Source: Methanobacteriota archaeon (GTDB taxonomy: Archaea; Hydrothermarchaeota; Hydrothermarchaeia; Hydrothermarchaeales; JACRDW01). From it: DNA of 27,537 nucleotides. Of this stretch, positions 16,875 through 24,213 are shown piece by piece (within the stretch, counting starts at the first letter, position 1; every line of letters starts with the position of its first letter). The position numbers and the translations under genes are program-made. The stretch is from assembly GCA_043820925.1 (NCBI GenBank), contig JBDRDL010000024.1:1-27537 (forward strand). The letters are read 5' to 3'. The notes under the pieces are model-generated. The model was given only the letters and a program-made list of their open reading frames with translations. It was not told the origin of the DNA and did not search any database.

Positions 16875-17203
16875 GAGCTGACCTGAAAATGAGCAGGGGC
16901 AAGACCTGCATACAGGTGGCGCACGCCTCGCTGAGCAGCGCAGAGAAAGCAGCAAAAAATGTCGAAGAGTGGTACCGAACCTGGAAGAAAGAAGGTCAGA
17001 AAAAAGTAGCTGTTAAAGTAGCGAGTGAAAAAGAGCTGCACGGGCTTTACGAAACAGCAAAAAAAGCGAGGCTGCCCTGCTATTTAGTGCAAGATGCAGG
17101 ACTGACTGAGCTGGAGCCCGGAACAATAACAGCGCTCGGCATAGGTCCTGCCCCTAACGAAATGATTGACAGGATAACCGGCAGCTTAAAATTATTGAGC
17201 TAG
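16847..17203 (+). CDS. pth2: Peptidyl-tRNA hydrolase Pth2
   Basis: KQVIVVRADLKMSRGK..QVAHA, DAGLTE..PGTIT.LGIGP. Confidence 0.95.
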   Translation: MECKQVIVVRADLKMSRGKTCIQVAHASLSSAEKAAKNVEEWYRTWKKEGQKKVAVKVASEKELHGLYETAKKARLPCYLVQDAGLTELEPGTITALGIGPAPNEMIDRITGSLKLLS

Positions 17204-17235
17204 CAATCGTTAAGATTGGTACTAAGGGTCAAGAC

Positions 17236-17308
17236 AGCCCGGTGGTGTAGCGGTCAATCATGTGGGCCTTTGGAGCCTGCGACGACGGTTCGAATCCGTC
17301 CCGGGCTA
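17236..17308 (+). tRNA. tRNA-Gln (anticodon TTG), no intron, CCA not encoded
   Basis: Acceptor stem AGCCCGG/CCGGGCT (A1-U72), anticodon loop CTTTGGA (17268-17274), T-arm GACGG-TTCGAAT-CCGTC. Confidence 0.95.
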
Positions 17309-17351
17309 TTTCTGAAAAGTATTTATAATTTGCAATTTTAATTCAACGTAA

Positions 17352-18533
17352 ATGAAAAGCCCTTACAAACTTGACCAATTGATTGGCTTGGAGCAATTCG
17401 TTACCAGCAGCAGAGGTATTGGCGGAAAGCTGCGCACCAAAATCGAGGATTTCTTTGTTGCCGAGGTTTATAATGTTGAAAATCCCGGCGGGGAATACAC
17501 TCACTTCACGTTAGAAAAGAAAAACTGGAATACCATCGATGCAATAAAGGCAATTGCAAGGTCGCTCGGCGTTTCGCACAAGCGCTTTGGCTATGCAGGA
17601 ACAAAGGACAAGAGAGCGCTGACGAGGCAGCGTGCAGCTGTGTGGAAAATCGAGCCGGAACAATTAGCAAGTGTAAAAATAAAAGATATTGTTCTCTCTG
17701 ATTTCAAAAAATGCAGCGAGAGAATTTCGCTCGGTAGTTTACTCGGAAATAGATTCAGAATTGCAATCAGAAATATCAATTTTAAGGAAAAAGAATTGAA
17801 GGAAATTCTTTCAGAAACTGCAAAGCAGCTGGGTGAAAGAGGCATCCCAAACTACTTCGGCTACCAGCGCTTTGGAATAATAAGACCTAACACGCACATT
17901 GTCGGCAGGGAGATAGTAAGGGGCAATCTCGAAGGTGCTGCAATGGCTTATTTAGCGAATCCGTTCGAGGCTGAAAAAAAAGATGCATACGAAGCTAGAA
18001 AACTCGTGCAAGAAACAAAAGATTTCAAGAAGGCGCTGGAAATTTTTCCGATGCGGCTAAACTTCGAACGAAGCATGCTCGATGCCCTGGCAAAAAATCC
18101 CAGAGATTACGCAGGTGCACTGAGAAGGCTTCCAAAAAAACTGCGCTTAATGCTTGTGCACGGCTACCAGAGCTACCTGTTTAACAAAATTCTCAGCAGA
18201 ATGATTGGAGAAGAAATGAGTATAAAAGGAAAAAAAATTCCCTTGTTTGGGTATGAAAGCTGCTTCAGCAAAGACATGCAGGGCGAAATAGAAAAAGAAA
18301 TTATAGAAGAAAACATTGCTCTCGAAAATTTCAAAATTAAGTCAATGCCTGAGTTGAGCTCTGAAGGTTTACTCAGGGACGCATGTATTGAGACGAGCCC
18401 AGATTTCGAGATTGACGAAGATGAGATTAACGAAGGAAAATTAAAATGCATCGTAAGTTTCGACCTGCAGAGGGGGAGCTATGCTACTGTTGTGCTCAGA
18501 GAATTTATGAAGACCGAGCCGATGAGTTACTGA
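17352..18533 (+). CDS. truD: tRNA pseudouridine(13) synthase TruD
   Basis: EDFFVAE, AGTKDKRALTRQ, GNRFRI, PNYFGYQRFG, GSYATVVLRE. Confidence 0.95.
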   Translation: MKSPYKLDQLIGLEQFVTSSRGIGGKLRTKIEDFFVAEVYNVENPGGEYTHFTLEKKNWNTIDAIKAIARSLGVSHKRFGYAGTKDKRALTRQRAAVWKIEPEQLASVKIKDIVLSDFKKCSERISLGSLLGNRFRIAIRNINFKEKELKEILSETAKQLGERGIPNYFGYQRFGIIRPNTHIVGREIVRGNLEGAAMAYLANPFEAEKKDAYEARKLVQETKDFKKALEIFPMRLNFERSMLDALAKNPRDYAGALRRLPKKLRLMLVHGYQSYLFNKILSRMIGEEMSIKGKKIPLFGYESCFSKDMQGEIEKEIIEENIALENFKIKSMPELSSEGLLRDACIETSPDFEIDEDEINEGKLKCIVSFDLQRGSYATVVLREFMKTEPMSY

Positions 18534-18541
18534 TTCGCAAC

Positions 18542-18709
18542 TCAGATTTCACCTCTCCTAAACTTCTCAATTATTTCTTTATTCTTGGAGAACTTCCAAA
18601 TGAATCTATTAGCCTCCTCCAGCCACTCGAGCTTCATTTCTGGAGCGAGGGACGCATATTCTTTAATAGAGGCTGTAGAGCAGGAATAACTATAACCTTT
18701 TTTCTTCAT
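18542..18709 (-). CDS. 55-aa protein, probable partner of the nucleotidyltransferase (absent from the ORF track)
   Basis: Hand translation MKKKGYSYSCSTASIKEYASLAPEMKLEWLEEANRFIWKFSKNKEIIEKFRRGEI*. RBS GGAGG; overlaps the upstream gene end; fills the islet. Confidence 0.8.
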   Translation of the reverse strand: MKKKGYSYSCSTASIKEYASLAPEMKLEWLEEANRFIWKFSKNKEIIEKFRRGEI

Positions 18710-19151
18710 ACTTGCCCTCCTTCAATTTTTTCACTTTCTTCAAAGTCTCTATATCCGAGAGGTCCTGCTTTCTTGCTGAAATCTTCTTTAATATTATAAG
18801 GTGGTCAAGAGATATTAAAGGTATTTCCAATCCACCTGCTTTTACAATTTCTCTTGATTTGTACGCGGCATCAAAATCGATTGGGTTTTCTATAAATATA
18901 TCTATCTGCTGGTAAGGCTTCGATGGATGCCAGAAGGTAAATACGTGCATTTTTTTCTCTTTTCTGGGAAGATAGCCGAGCTCTGTAACAGCTTCTATAA
19001 GTCTCAGAAGATTCTCCTTACTCAGGTCTGCCATTATATCCAAGTCTGCTGTCATCTTTGGTACTCCGTGCAAGTTAACCGCCAGGCCGCCTACAATGAC
19101 ATACCGTGCCTTCTTTTGATTGAATTTTGAAAAAACGTCCTCGTAATACAT
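18690..19151 (-). CDS. Pol-beta-like nucleotidyltransferase (AbiEii/DUF6036-like)
   Basis: IVGGLAVNLHG..MTADLD, IDIF, LIILK...RKQDLSD. Start ATG 19151 with RBS GAGGT. Confidence 0.8.
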   Translation of the reverse strand: MYYEDVFSKFNQKKARYVIVGGLAVNLHGVPKMTADLDIMADLSKENLLRLIEAVTELGYLPRKEKKMHVFTFWHPSKPYQQIDIFIENPIDFDAAYKSREIVKAGGLEIPLISLDHLIILKKISARKQDLSDIETLKKVKKLKEGKYEEKRL

Positions 19152-19152
19152 T

Positions 19153-20172
19153 CTAATACCTCGCCGATGAGTTACTGATTTCTTTTTCAATTATGTTGAA
19201 TGGATTTTCTAGGCTTTTGACGAGGCTTTTCGCTTTTCTTCTCAGCTCTGCTTTCTTTTCAACGAGTCCAGGCAATGCTCTTGAAATTTCCTTTGGATTC
19301 AAAATGTGCTGCATTAATCCTTTCTTAATCAGAAATTTATCCACGCCAAGCAGCTCCTGGGGATAATAGGAGATGGTCGGAGTTCCGAGCAGTGCTGCCT
19401 CGCGATTCATGGTGCCCCCGCCCCCGAGAAAGGCTTTGGCATGGTAAATTAAATTTAAAGAATCAACATTCTTAAGCATGACTGCGTTTTTGAATCTTTC
19501 CCTTCCCCTCGGAATCACTGCAACTGTTTCCCCTCGCTTCACTAGGTCTATCATCCTTTGAGTTGTGCTTCTTCCTCTGAAATAAGAGGCGAAATAAGGT
19601 TCTGGTCTTATCAGAATATAGTCGTCTATGCCCAGCTCGTCTGACTTGCTCGGCTTGAAGCGCTTAACCTGCGCAACCTCGCAAAGACCGTTGAAAGTTT
19701 TTATTTGCGCTTCGTTTGCCCCCTGCTTTACCAATGTCGCACGATTAAGAGCTTTTGGAACAATTATCCTGGAGCAGAGAGGCAGAACCAATCTGTTCTG
19801 GTGTTCTGCATATTCGTTGTCGATTACTTGGATTGCCGGTATTCCCAGACCAAATGCTACTCTCGGAAGCTCGACGGACTGCTTTGAGATTGCAGCTTGA
19901 ATTTTTTCCTTTGAAATTATCCCGGCCAGCGCTGCGATTCTCTTTGAGCTTTGAATCAGCTTTTGTTTTGCATCCCTGCCGTGCTTTCCGACCGCAATAC
20001 AATCAATTCCACGAGAATCCAAGAGCTCAGTCAGTCCTTCAAATTCCCTAGTGGTAACTAGCGCATCGTGCTTCTTTATGAAATCTTCAAAGAACAAAAC
20101 GTGCGGAAGGTTGGTTATGTCTACCCAAATGAATCCATTCGTCGAAACTTCACTTCGTTCGTTTCTCCTCAT
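19153..20172 (-). CDS. DUF354-family GT-B-like protein
   Basis: IWVDITNLPHV, VGKHG, SVELPRVAFGLGIP, DNE, RPEP..ASY, GGGTMNREAALLGTP. Start ATG 20172 with RBS GGTGA. Confidence 0.85.
   Translation of the reverse strand: MRRNERSEVSTNGFIWVDITNLPHVLFFEDFIKKHDALVTTREFEGLTELLDSRGIDCIAVGKHGRDAKQKLIQSSKRIAALAGIISKEKIQAAISKQSVELPRVAFGLGIPAIQVIDNEYAEHQNRLVLPLCSRIIVPKALNRATLVKQGANEAQIKTFNGLCEVAQVKRFKPSKSDELGIDDYILIRPEPYFASYFRGRSTTQRMIDLVKRGETVAVIPRGRERFKNAVMLKNVDSLNLIYHAKAFLGGGGTMNREAALLGTPTISYYPQELLGVDKFLIKKGLMQHILNPKEISRALPGLVEKKAELRRKAKSLVKSLENPFNIIEKEISNSSARY
20132..20170 (-). repeat. Palindromic repeat family B, copy 2 (coding)
   Basis: 36/39 identical to 10126-10164; encodes RRNERSEVSTNG at the DUF354 N-terminus. 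Confidence 0.9.
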
Positions 20173-20176
20173 GTCT

Positions 20177-21109
20177 TCACCCAACCAATTCAGCTCCAAT
20201 CGCTATCAGACAGAAGACTGCTTCAACTGCCCAAACCCTGTGCACTAATTCATTCTCGCCCATCGCCCTTCTCCTAAGAAATAACCTCGGCAGGGAAAGG
20301 TTAGCGCCCTCTTCCGCAATATCGGAATGAGGAATGTAAAGCTTTCCGTCCTTAACTCCAGTTGGAACTTGCGACTCTCTGGTCATTATTCCTGCTGAAA
20401 AGTACTTCAGCGCTGCATCGATGGCATAGGGGATAAATACGATTGCTCCGCTTAGCTCAAACTTTCCAAACACTATCGCCGGAAATAGAGCTGCGCCGAT
20501 TATGAGCGTGCCAACATCGCCTGGAAAAACTCTTGCAGGATATTTATTGAAATACAAAAATGCCAGCAAGCTTGCGAACATGACCGAGGAAATAACAAAG
20601 CTAACTTCTGCTTTATTCATATATGCAATCGCCGCTACTCCCAATGAAGCAATCGCTCCGGTGCCTATCTCAAGACCATTAAACCCTGCGAGCATGTTTG
20701 TGAAGTTGCACGCAATCATAAAAAAAACTGGCAGAGCAATGAAATAAATTATCCCCAACTCACAGCCTCCTATGGTAGGAATTGAAAAAGGAATTAGCAG
20801 GAATCCTATCAGGGTGAGAAAAACAACTTTTTGCAGAGGTGTTAAAGCCTTAAATCTATCTGCGATTCCTAAAATTCCAACCAAGGAAACAAGAAGCAAT
20901 GTGATGAGAATTTCTGGTTTCCTGTGCAGCGCATATGCTAGTGATATGGAAAGCAAGAACCCAGCCAAAACAGCAAGTCCGACCATCTCTGGAACTTTCC
21001 TGCCGTCTTTTTTATGTAAATCTGTGCCAACAATGCCTCTCCTCTCCAATTTTTTTGCAAAAATTGGGGTGAGAAGGAATGTTATAACAAACGACAGAAC
21101 TGCAAACAT
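20177..21109 (-). CDS. Polyprenyl-phosphate GlcNAc-1-P transferase (GPT/AglH/WecA/MraY superfamily)
   Basis: GTDLHK..VPEMVG, NFTNMLAGFNGLE, FNKYPARVFPGDVG, many TM segments. Confidence 0.9.
   Translation of the reverse strand: MFAVLSFVITFLLTPIFAKKLERRGIVGTDLHKKDGRKVPEMVGLAVLAGFLLSISLAYALHRKPEILITLLLVSLVGILGIADRFKALTPLQKVVFLTLIGFLLIPFSIPTIGGCELGIIYFIALPVFFMIACNFTNMLAGFNGLEIGTGAIASLGVAAIAYMNKAEVSFVISSVMFASLLAFLYFNKYPARVFPGDVGTLIIGAALFPAIVFGKFELSGAIVFIPYAIDAALKYFSAGIMTRESQVPTGVKDGKLYIPHSDIAEEGANLSLPRLFLRRRAMGENELVHRVWAVEAVFCLIAIGAELVG
20308..20332 (-). repeat. Possible internally deleted family A element inside GPT
   Basis: Minus strand ATTCCGATA-TTGCGGAAGAG matches the first 9 and last 11 nt (1 mismatch) of the family A core. 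Confidence 0.55.
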
Positions 21110-22502
21110 AGCCTAAAATTGCTCTGCTAAATACAAATACCTTATCCTTCTGAGGGTCTGCTGAAACTACCACCGGTCTCGGCTTCTCACAAGCTAACGC
21201 AATACCGTCAGGTAGTGCGCAAGCTGGCGGTCTTGCTAACGCAAGGTAAAGCAAAGATAAATAAAAAAGTATGCTCGTTAGTTGAACTCCAACCTCTATT
21301 AGAATGAAAGTGTGGGTCAGGGCTATGGCATACAGGCATGTTCGCATTGTATCTCTTAAATACCATTCTTTCTTGCGAAAGCTTACGGTCTTGCTCACGC
21401 AATTGTGCATTGTTCCTAAATATGCTCCGAGCAGAGCGCAGGTAAGCAGTATTCCGAGGACTCCGAAATCCAGCATAGGAGAGCCGAGCAGCGTTGAAGT
21501 GATTATGTGCGGCTTTTCGTAACCCAGAACTGCTGTGCTGACAATTTCCTGCGTGGTACTCAGTAAAGCCTCTCCATGCAGGTAGCCGAATGGAAAACTC
21601 AGCTGCACTATTTTGTCGAATACTGAAAAGGTAAGACCTGCTCTGTAAAAAATGTATAGCTGGGGTTTTATATTCCAATTACCATAGGATATGCCTGCAA
21701 TGTGGGTGCTCACTACTGTAAGTAGAAATACTACGCAACCTAAACCCAGGAGCAATTCCCTGGCAGAAATTCTCCTAAGGAATAGCCCAACGATGCTTGC
21801 AGAGACCAATATCGCTATCGCATCGCTCTTAAATCCTGAAATCGCAGCCAGGAGAGCGAGCAGAAATATCGTTGCCAGCGCTTTTCTCTTCTCGTAGAAA
21901 GCGACTAGCAGAACCGCAGAGAAAACAGCGAAGCCGTGGAATAGGGCTCTTGCTGGCGCAATTGCTGCCGCCTGTCTCGAAACTGCACTTAAGATAGGTA
22001 TGCCCCCAAGCAGCATTAAAAAAGAAGAAAAGAAGGCAATAACCAGTGCAATAGAAATTAAAAGATTTACATCCTGCAGCCTTTTCGAGATAAACCACAG
22101 CAAAAAAGCATAGCTGCCTGAGACTGCGAATATTATAGCGAGAGGTAAAGGAAAGGTAAGATAGAGAGCAAGCGAAGCAGCTGTGAATATAGATGCCAAA
22201 ACTAGGGGAGCATTACTAAACCTTGACTTTCTCCCAATTTTTACAGAAAAAAATAAAACAGTAATGCCTAAAATACTCAACATATAAGCCAGAAAAGACG
22301 GTTCGTTCGAGAAATACCCTCCCGGAAGAAGTAGGAACTCCCTGGTTGCGATTTTGAAAGAAATGAAGGCAAAGAGTAAAAAAACAGCATAAACTATTGA
22401 AACAGAAATCTCAGGTCTGAGCAAGAATTCCGATAGGAAGCTGGCATGCACGCCATCTTCCTGGCGGAAGTCATCTGTTTTTAAGCGCTTCATATACTGC
22501 AT
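21012..22502 (-). CDS. Archaeal oligosaccharide repeat-unit polymerase (Wzy-like, DUF70-type); both termini uncertain
   Basis: Polytopic membrane protein; YRAGLT, ITSTLLGSPMLDFG and IEVG shared with the paralogue at 24187-25488. Confidence 0.7.
   Translation of the reverse strand: MQYMKRLKTDDFRQEDGVHASFLSEFLLRPEISVSIVYAVFLLFAFISFKIATREFLLLPGGYFSNEPSFLAYMLSILGITVLFFSVKIGRKSRFSNAPLVLASIFTAASLALYLTFPLPLAIIFAVSGSYAFLLWFISKRLQDVNLLISIALVIAFFSSFLMLLGGIPILSAVSRQAAAIAPARALFHGFAVFSAVLLVAFYEKRKALATIFLLALLAAISGFKSDAIAILVSASIVGLFLRRISARELLLGLGCVVFLLTVVSTHIAGISYGNWNIKPQLYIFYRAGLTFSVFDKIVQLSFPFGYLHGEALLSTTQEIVSTAVLGYEKPHIITSTLLGSPMLDFGVLGILLTCALLGAYLGTMHNCVSKTVSFRKKEWYLRDTMRTCLYAIALTHTFILIEVGVQLTSILFYLSLLYLALARPPACALPDGIALACEKPRPVVVSADPQKDKVFVFSRAILGYVCSSVVCYNIPSHPNFCKKIGEERHCWHRFT
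21193..21244. repeat. 10-bp direct repeat flanking a hairpin (42-bp period, in frame)
   Basis: GCTAACGCAA at 21193-21202 and 21235-21244 around ACCGTCAG...CTGGCGGT. Confidence 0.7.
22427..22470 (+). repeat. Palindromic repeat family A, copy 2
   Basis: ATTCCGATAGGAAGCTGG-CATGCAC-GCCATCTTCCT-GGC-GGAAG. Confidence 0.88.
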
Positions 22503-23484
22503 CTACTTCACCTGCCATCTTTTTCCAGCTGAATTTCTTCAGGGTTTTCTTTCCATTTTCTATCAGCTTTTCTCTGAGCCCTTCGTTTTCTAAAACCTGG
22601 AGTATTCCCTTTGCCAGCTCCTCTGGATTCTCTTTTTCAACAAGAATACCATTGTATTCATGCTCTACTATCTCTACTATTCCTCCGACTCTTGAAGCGA
22701 CCGCTGGAACTCCAGCTGCCATAGCATCGAGCAGAGCTAAACCGAAGCCCTCTTCTCTCGAAGGCAGGACTAAAACTGCGCTCTTCTCAAGAAGACTGTT
22801 CAAGTCTTCTCGATAGCCGAGGAAATTTGTATCAACACCTAACTCGTTGCTCAATTTCTGCAAGCTCTTTTTCTCCCTGCCGTCTCCTATGATTACGAGC
22901 TCTGCGTCCGGGAATTTCTCCTTCACGCCTTTGAACGCCCTTATTAAAACATCCACGCCCTTCTGCCAGACCAGACTTCCCACGAATGTTACAGCCCTGC
23001 CTTTCAGCTGAAATTCCTCTTTTTTTTCTTCACGAGCAGGCACCCCGCCATAGATAACTTTTATCTTTCCTTCGCTGACCCCAAGCTTGACTGCTTCTCT
23101 TTTCAAAAATTCGCTCACTGCGATTACGGCATCAGAATTGTCGAGCACGAACTTTACTGCCTGCCTCGCCGCACCTTTTGCCAGGAGCGTTATATCAGAA
23201 CCGTGCAGGGTTACGACGAGCGGCTTCCGCTGCACTTTCTTGAGCAAAACGCCGAGGAAGCCCTGAGGAACTGCATAGTGCGCATGGATTACGTCAAACT
23301 CTTCTTTAATTCCCTTGAAAAATCCAGAGAATATAAAGCTGAGCGCCCTAAAGACCGGAATATCAACGTAATTCCCGTAGGTGAGAATTTCAAATTCGTT
23401 CCTTGAATGACTGATTAAATTCTCAACGTGCGTTACAATCCCGCCCTTCCTCGGCTTCCAAATAGTTATGAGCAGTATGCGCAT
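22471..23484 (-). CDS. Glycosyltransferase family 4
   Basis: GGIVTHV, IHAHY, TLHGSD, FVGSLVWQKG, EGFGLALLDA. Start set at ATG 23484 (MRILLI). Confidence 0.9.
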   Translation of the reverse strand: MRILLITIWKPRKGGIVTHVENLISHSRNEFEILTYGNYVDIPVFRALSFIFSGFFKGIKEEFDVIHAHYAVPQGFLGVLLKKVQRKPLVVTLHGSDITLLAKGAARQAVKFVLDNSDAVIAVSEFLKREAVKLGVSEGKIKVIYGGVPAREEKKEEFQLKGRAVTFVGSLVWQKGVDVLIRAFKGVKEKFPDAELVIIGDGREKKSLQKLSNELGVDTNFLGYREDLNSLLEKSAVLVLPSREEGFGLALLDAMAAGVPAVASRVGGIVEIVEHEYNGILVEKENPEELAKGILQVLENEGLREKLIENGKKTLKKFSWKKMAGEVDAVYEALKNR

Positions 23485-23559
23485 GCTATTTTCTTGGCTG
23501 CGTAGCATTAAAAAGCTTGCTTCGAAAGGTTTTTTAATACTGCCCAGAAAGTTAAAAAC

Positions 23560-24213
23560 ATGAGGAAGACTGTAGTTTTATGCCTGCCCCACTACAGGAG
23601 CCTTTCATTCAAATACATGACAGCCTTGATTAACCTCCTGCTGTTCAAGCAGGATAAATACTCTATAAAGAGCGCTGTAGCGCTTGATGCTCTTTACGTG
23701 GACTTCAATAGAAATATTATAGCGAGAGATGCCCTAAAGCAAAATGCAGACTACATGTTCTGGCTGGACAGCGACATGGTGGTCGAGGGAGATACGATTC
23801 TCAAATTAATGGAGCACGATAAAGACATAGTGAGCGGGCTGTACTTCAAGAAGAGGGACCTCGACCCGGTAATGTACGTGCGCAGGGGCAATTTATACGA
23901 GTCCCTCAGAGAATGGGGAAAAACAATATTCAAAGTAGATGCCGCAGGCATGGGATGCGTGCTGATAAAGTCTGAAGTATTCCGCAGCATCGAGCCTCCC
24001 TGGTTCGTGTACAACGTTAGAGAAAACAAGGGAGAGGATATTTACTTCTGCGAAAAGGCAAGGGAAGCTGGCTATGACATCTGGGTAGACCCGACTGTCC
24101 TGCCAGCGCATCTTGCTGAAAAGGAAATTGGCATGGAAGAATACTTAGCGATTCCGAGAGGAAGCTGGCGAGAAATGCCATCTTCCTTACGGAAGAGACG
24201 CAAGCAGTATTAA
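23560..24213 (+). CDS. GT-A fold (GT2-like) glycosyltransferase
   Basis: RN, WLDSDM (DxD), GMGCVLIK, GEDIYFC, IWVDP....H. Confidence 0.8.
   Translation: MRKTVVLCLPHYRSLSFKYMTALINLLLFKQDKYSIKSAVALDALYVDFNRNIIARDALKQNADYMFWLDSDMVVEGDTILKLMEHDKDIVSGLYFKKRDLDPVMYVRRGNLYESLREWGKTIFKVDAAGMGCVLIKSEVFRSIEPPWFVYNVRENKGEDIYFCEKAREAGYDIWVDPTVLPAHLAEKEIGMEEYLAIPRGSWREMPSSLRKRRKQY
24148..24197 (+). repeat. Palindromic repeat family A, copy 3
   Basis: GCGATTCCGAGAGGAAGCTGGCGAGAAATGCCATCTTCCTTACGGAAGAG. Confidence 0.92.

Larger units (their letters stand above)
18518..19180. mobile_element. Two-gene islet bounded by an 18-bp direct repeat
   Basis: GCCGATGAGTTACTGATT at 18518-18535 (truD end) and 19163-19180 (DUF354 end). 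Confidence 0.75.

Noticed and set aside
17236..17308. tRNA-Gln as an integration site
   Set aside because: No duplicated tRNA 3' fragment seen in the window, and the flanks are housekeeping genes (pth2, truD).
18446..18799. 117-aa plus-strand ORF
   Set aside because: Overlaps truD out of frame and is antisense to the RBS-supported 55-aa gene; no motif.
8219..24197. Repeat families A and B as a CRISPR array
   Set aside because: Copies are kilobases apart (family A in both orientations), with no regular spacers or cas genes.
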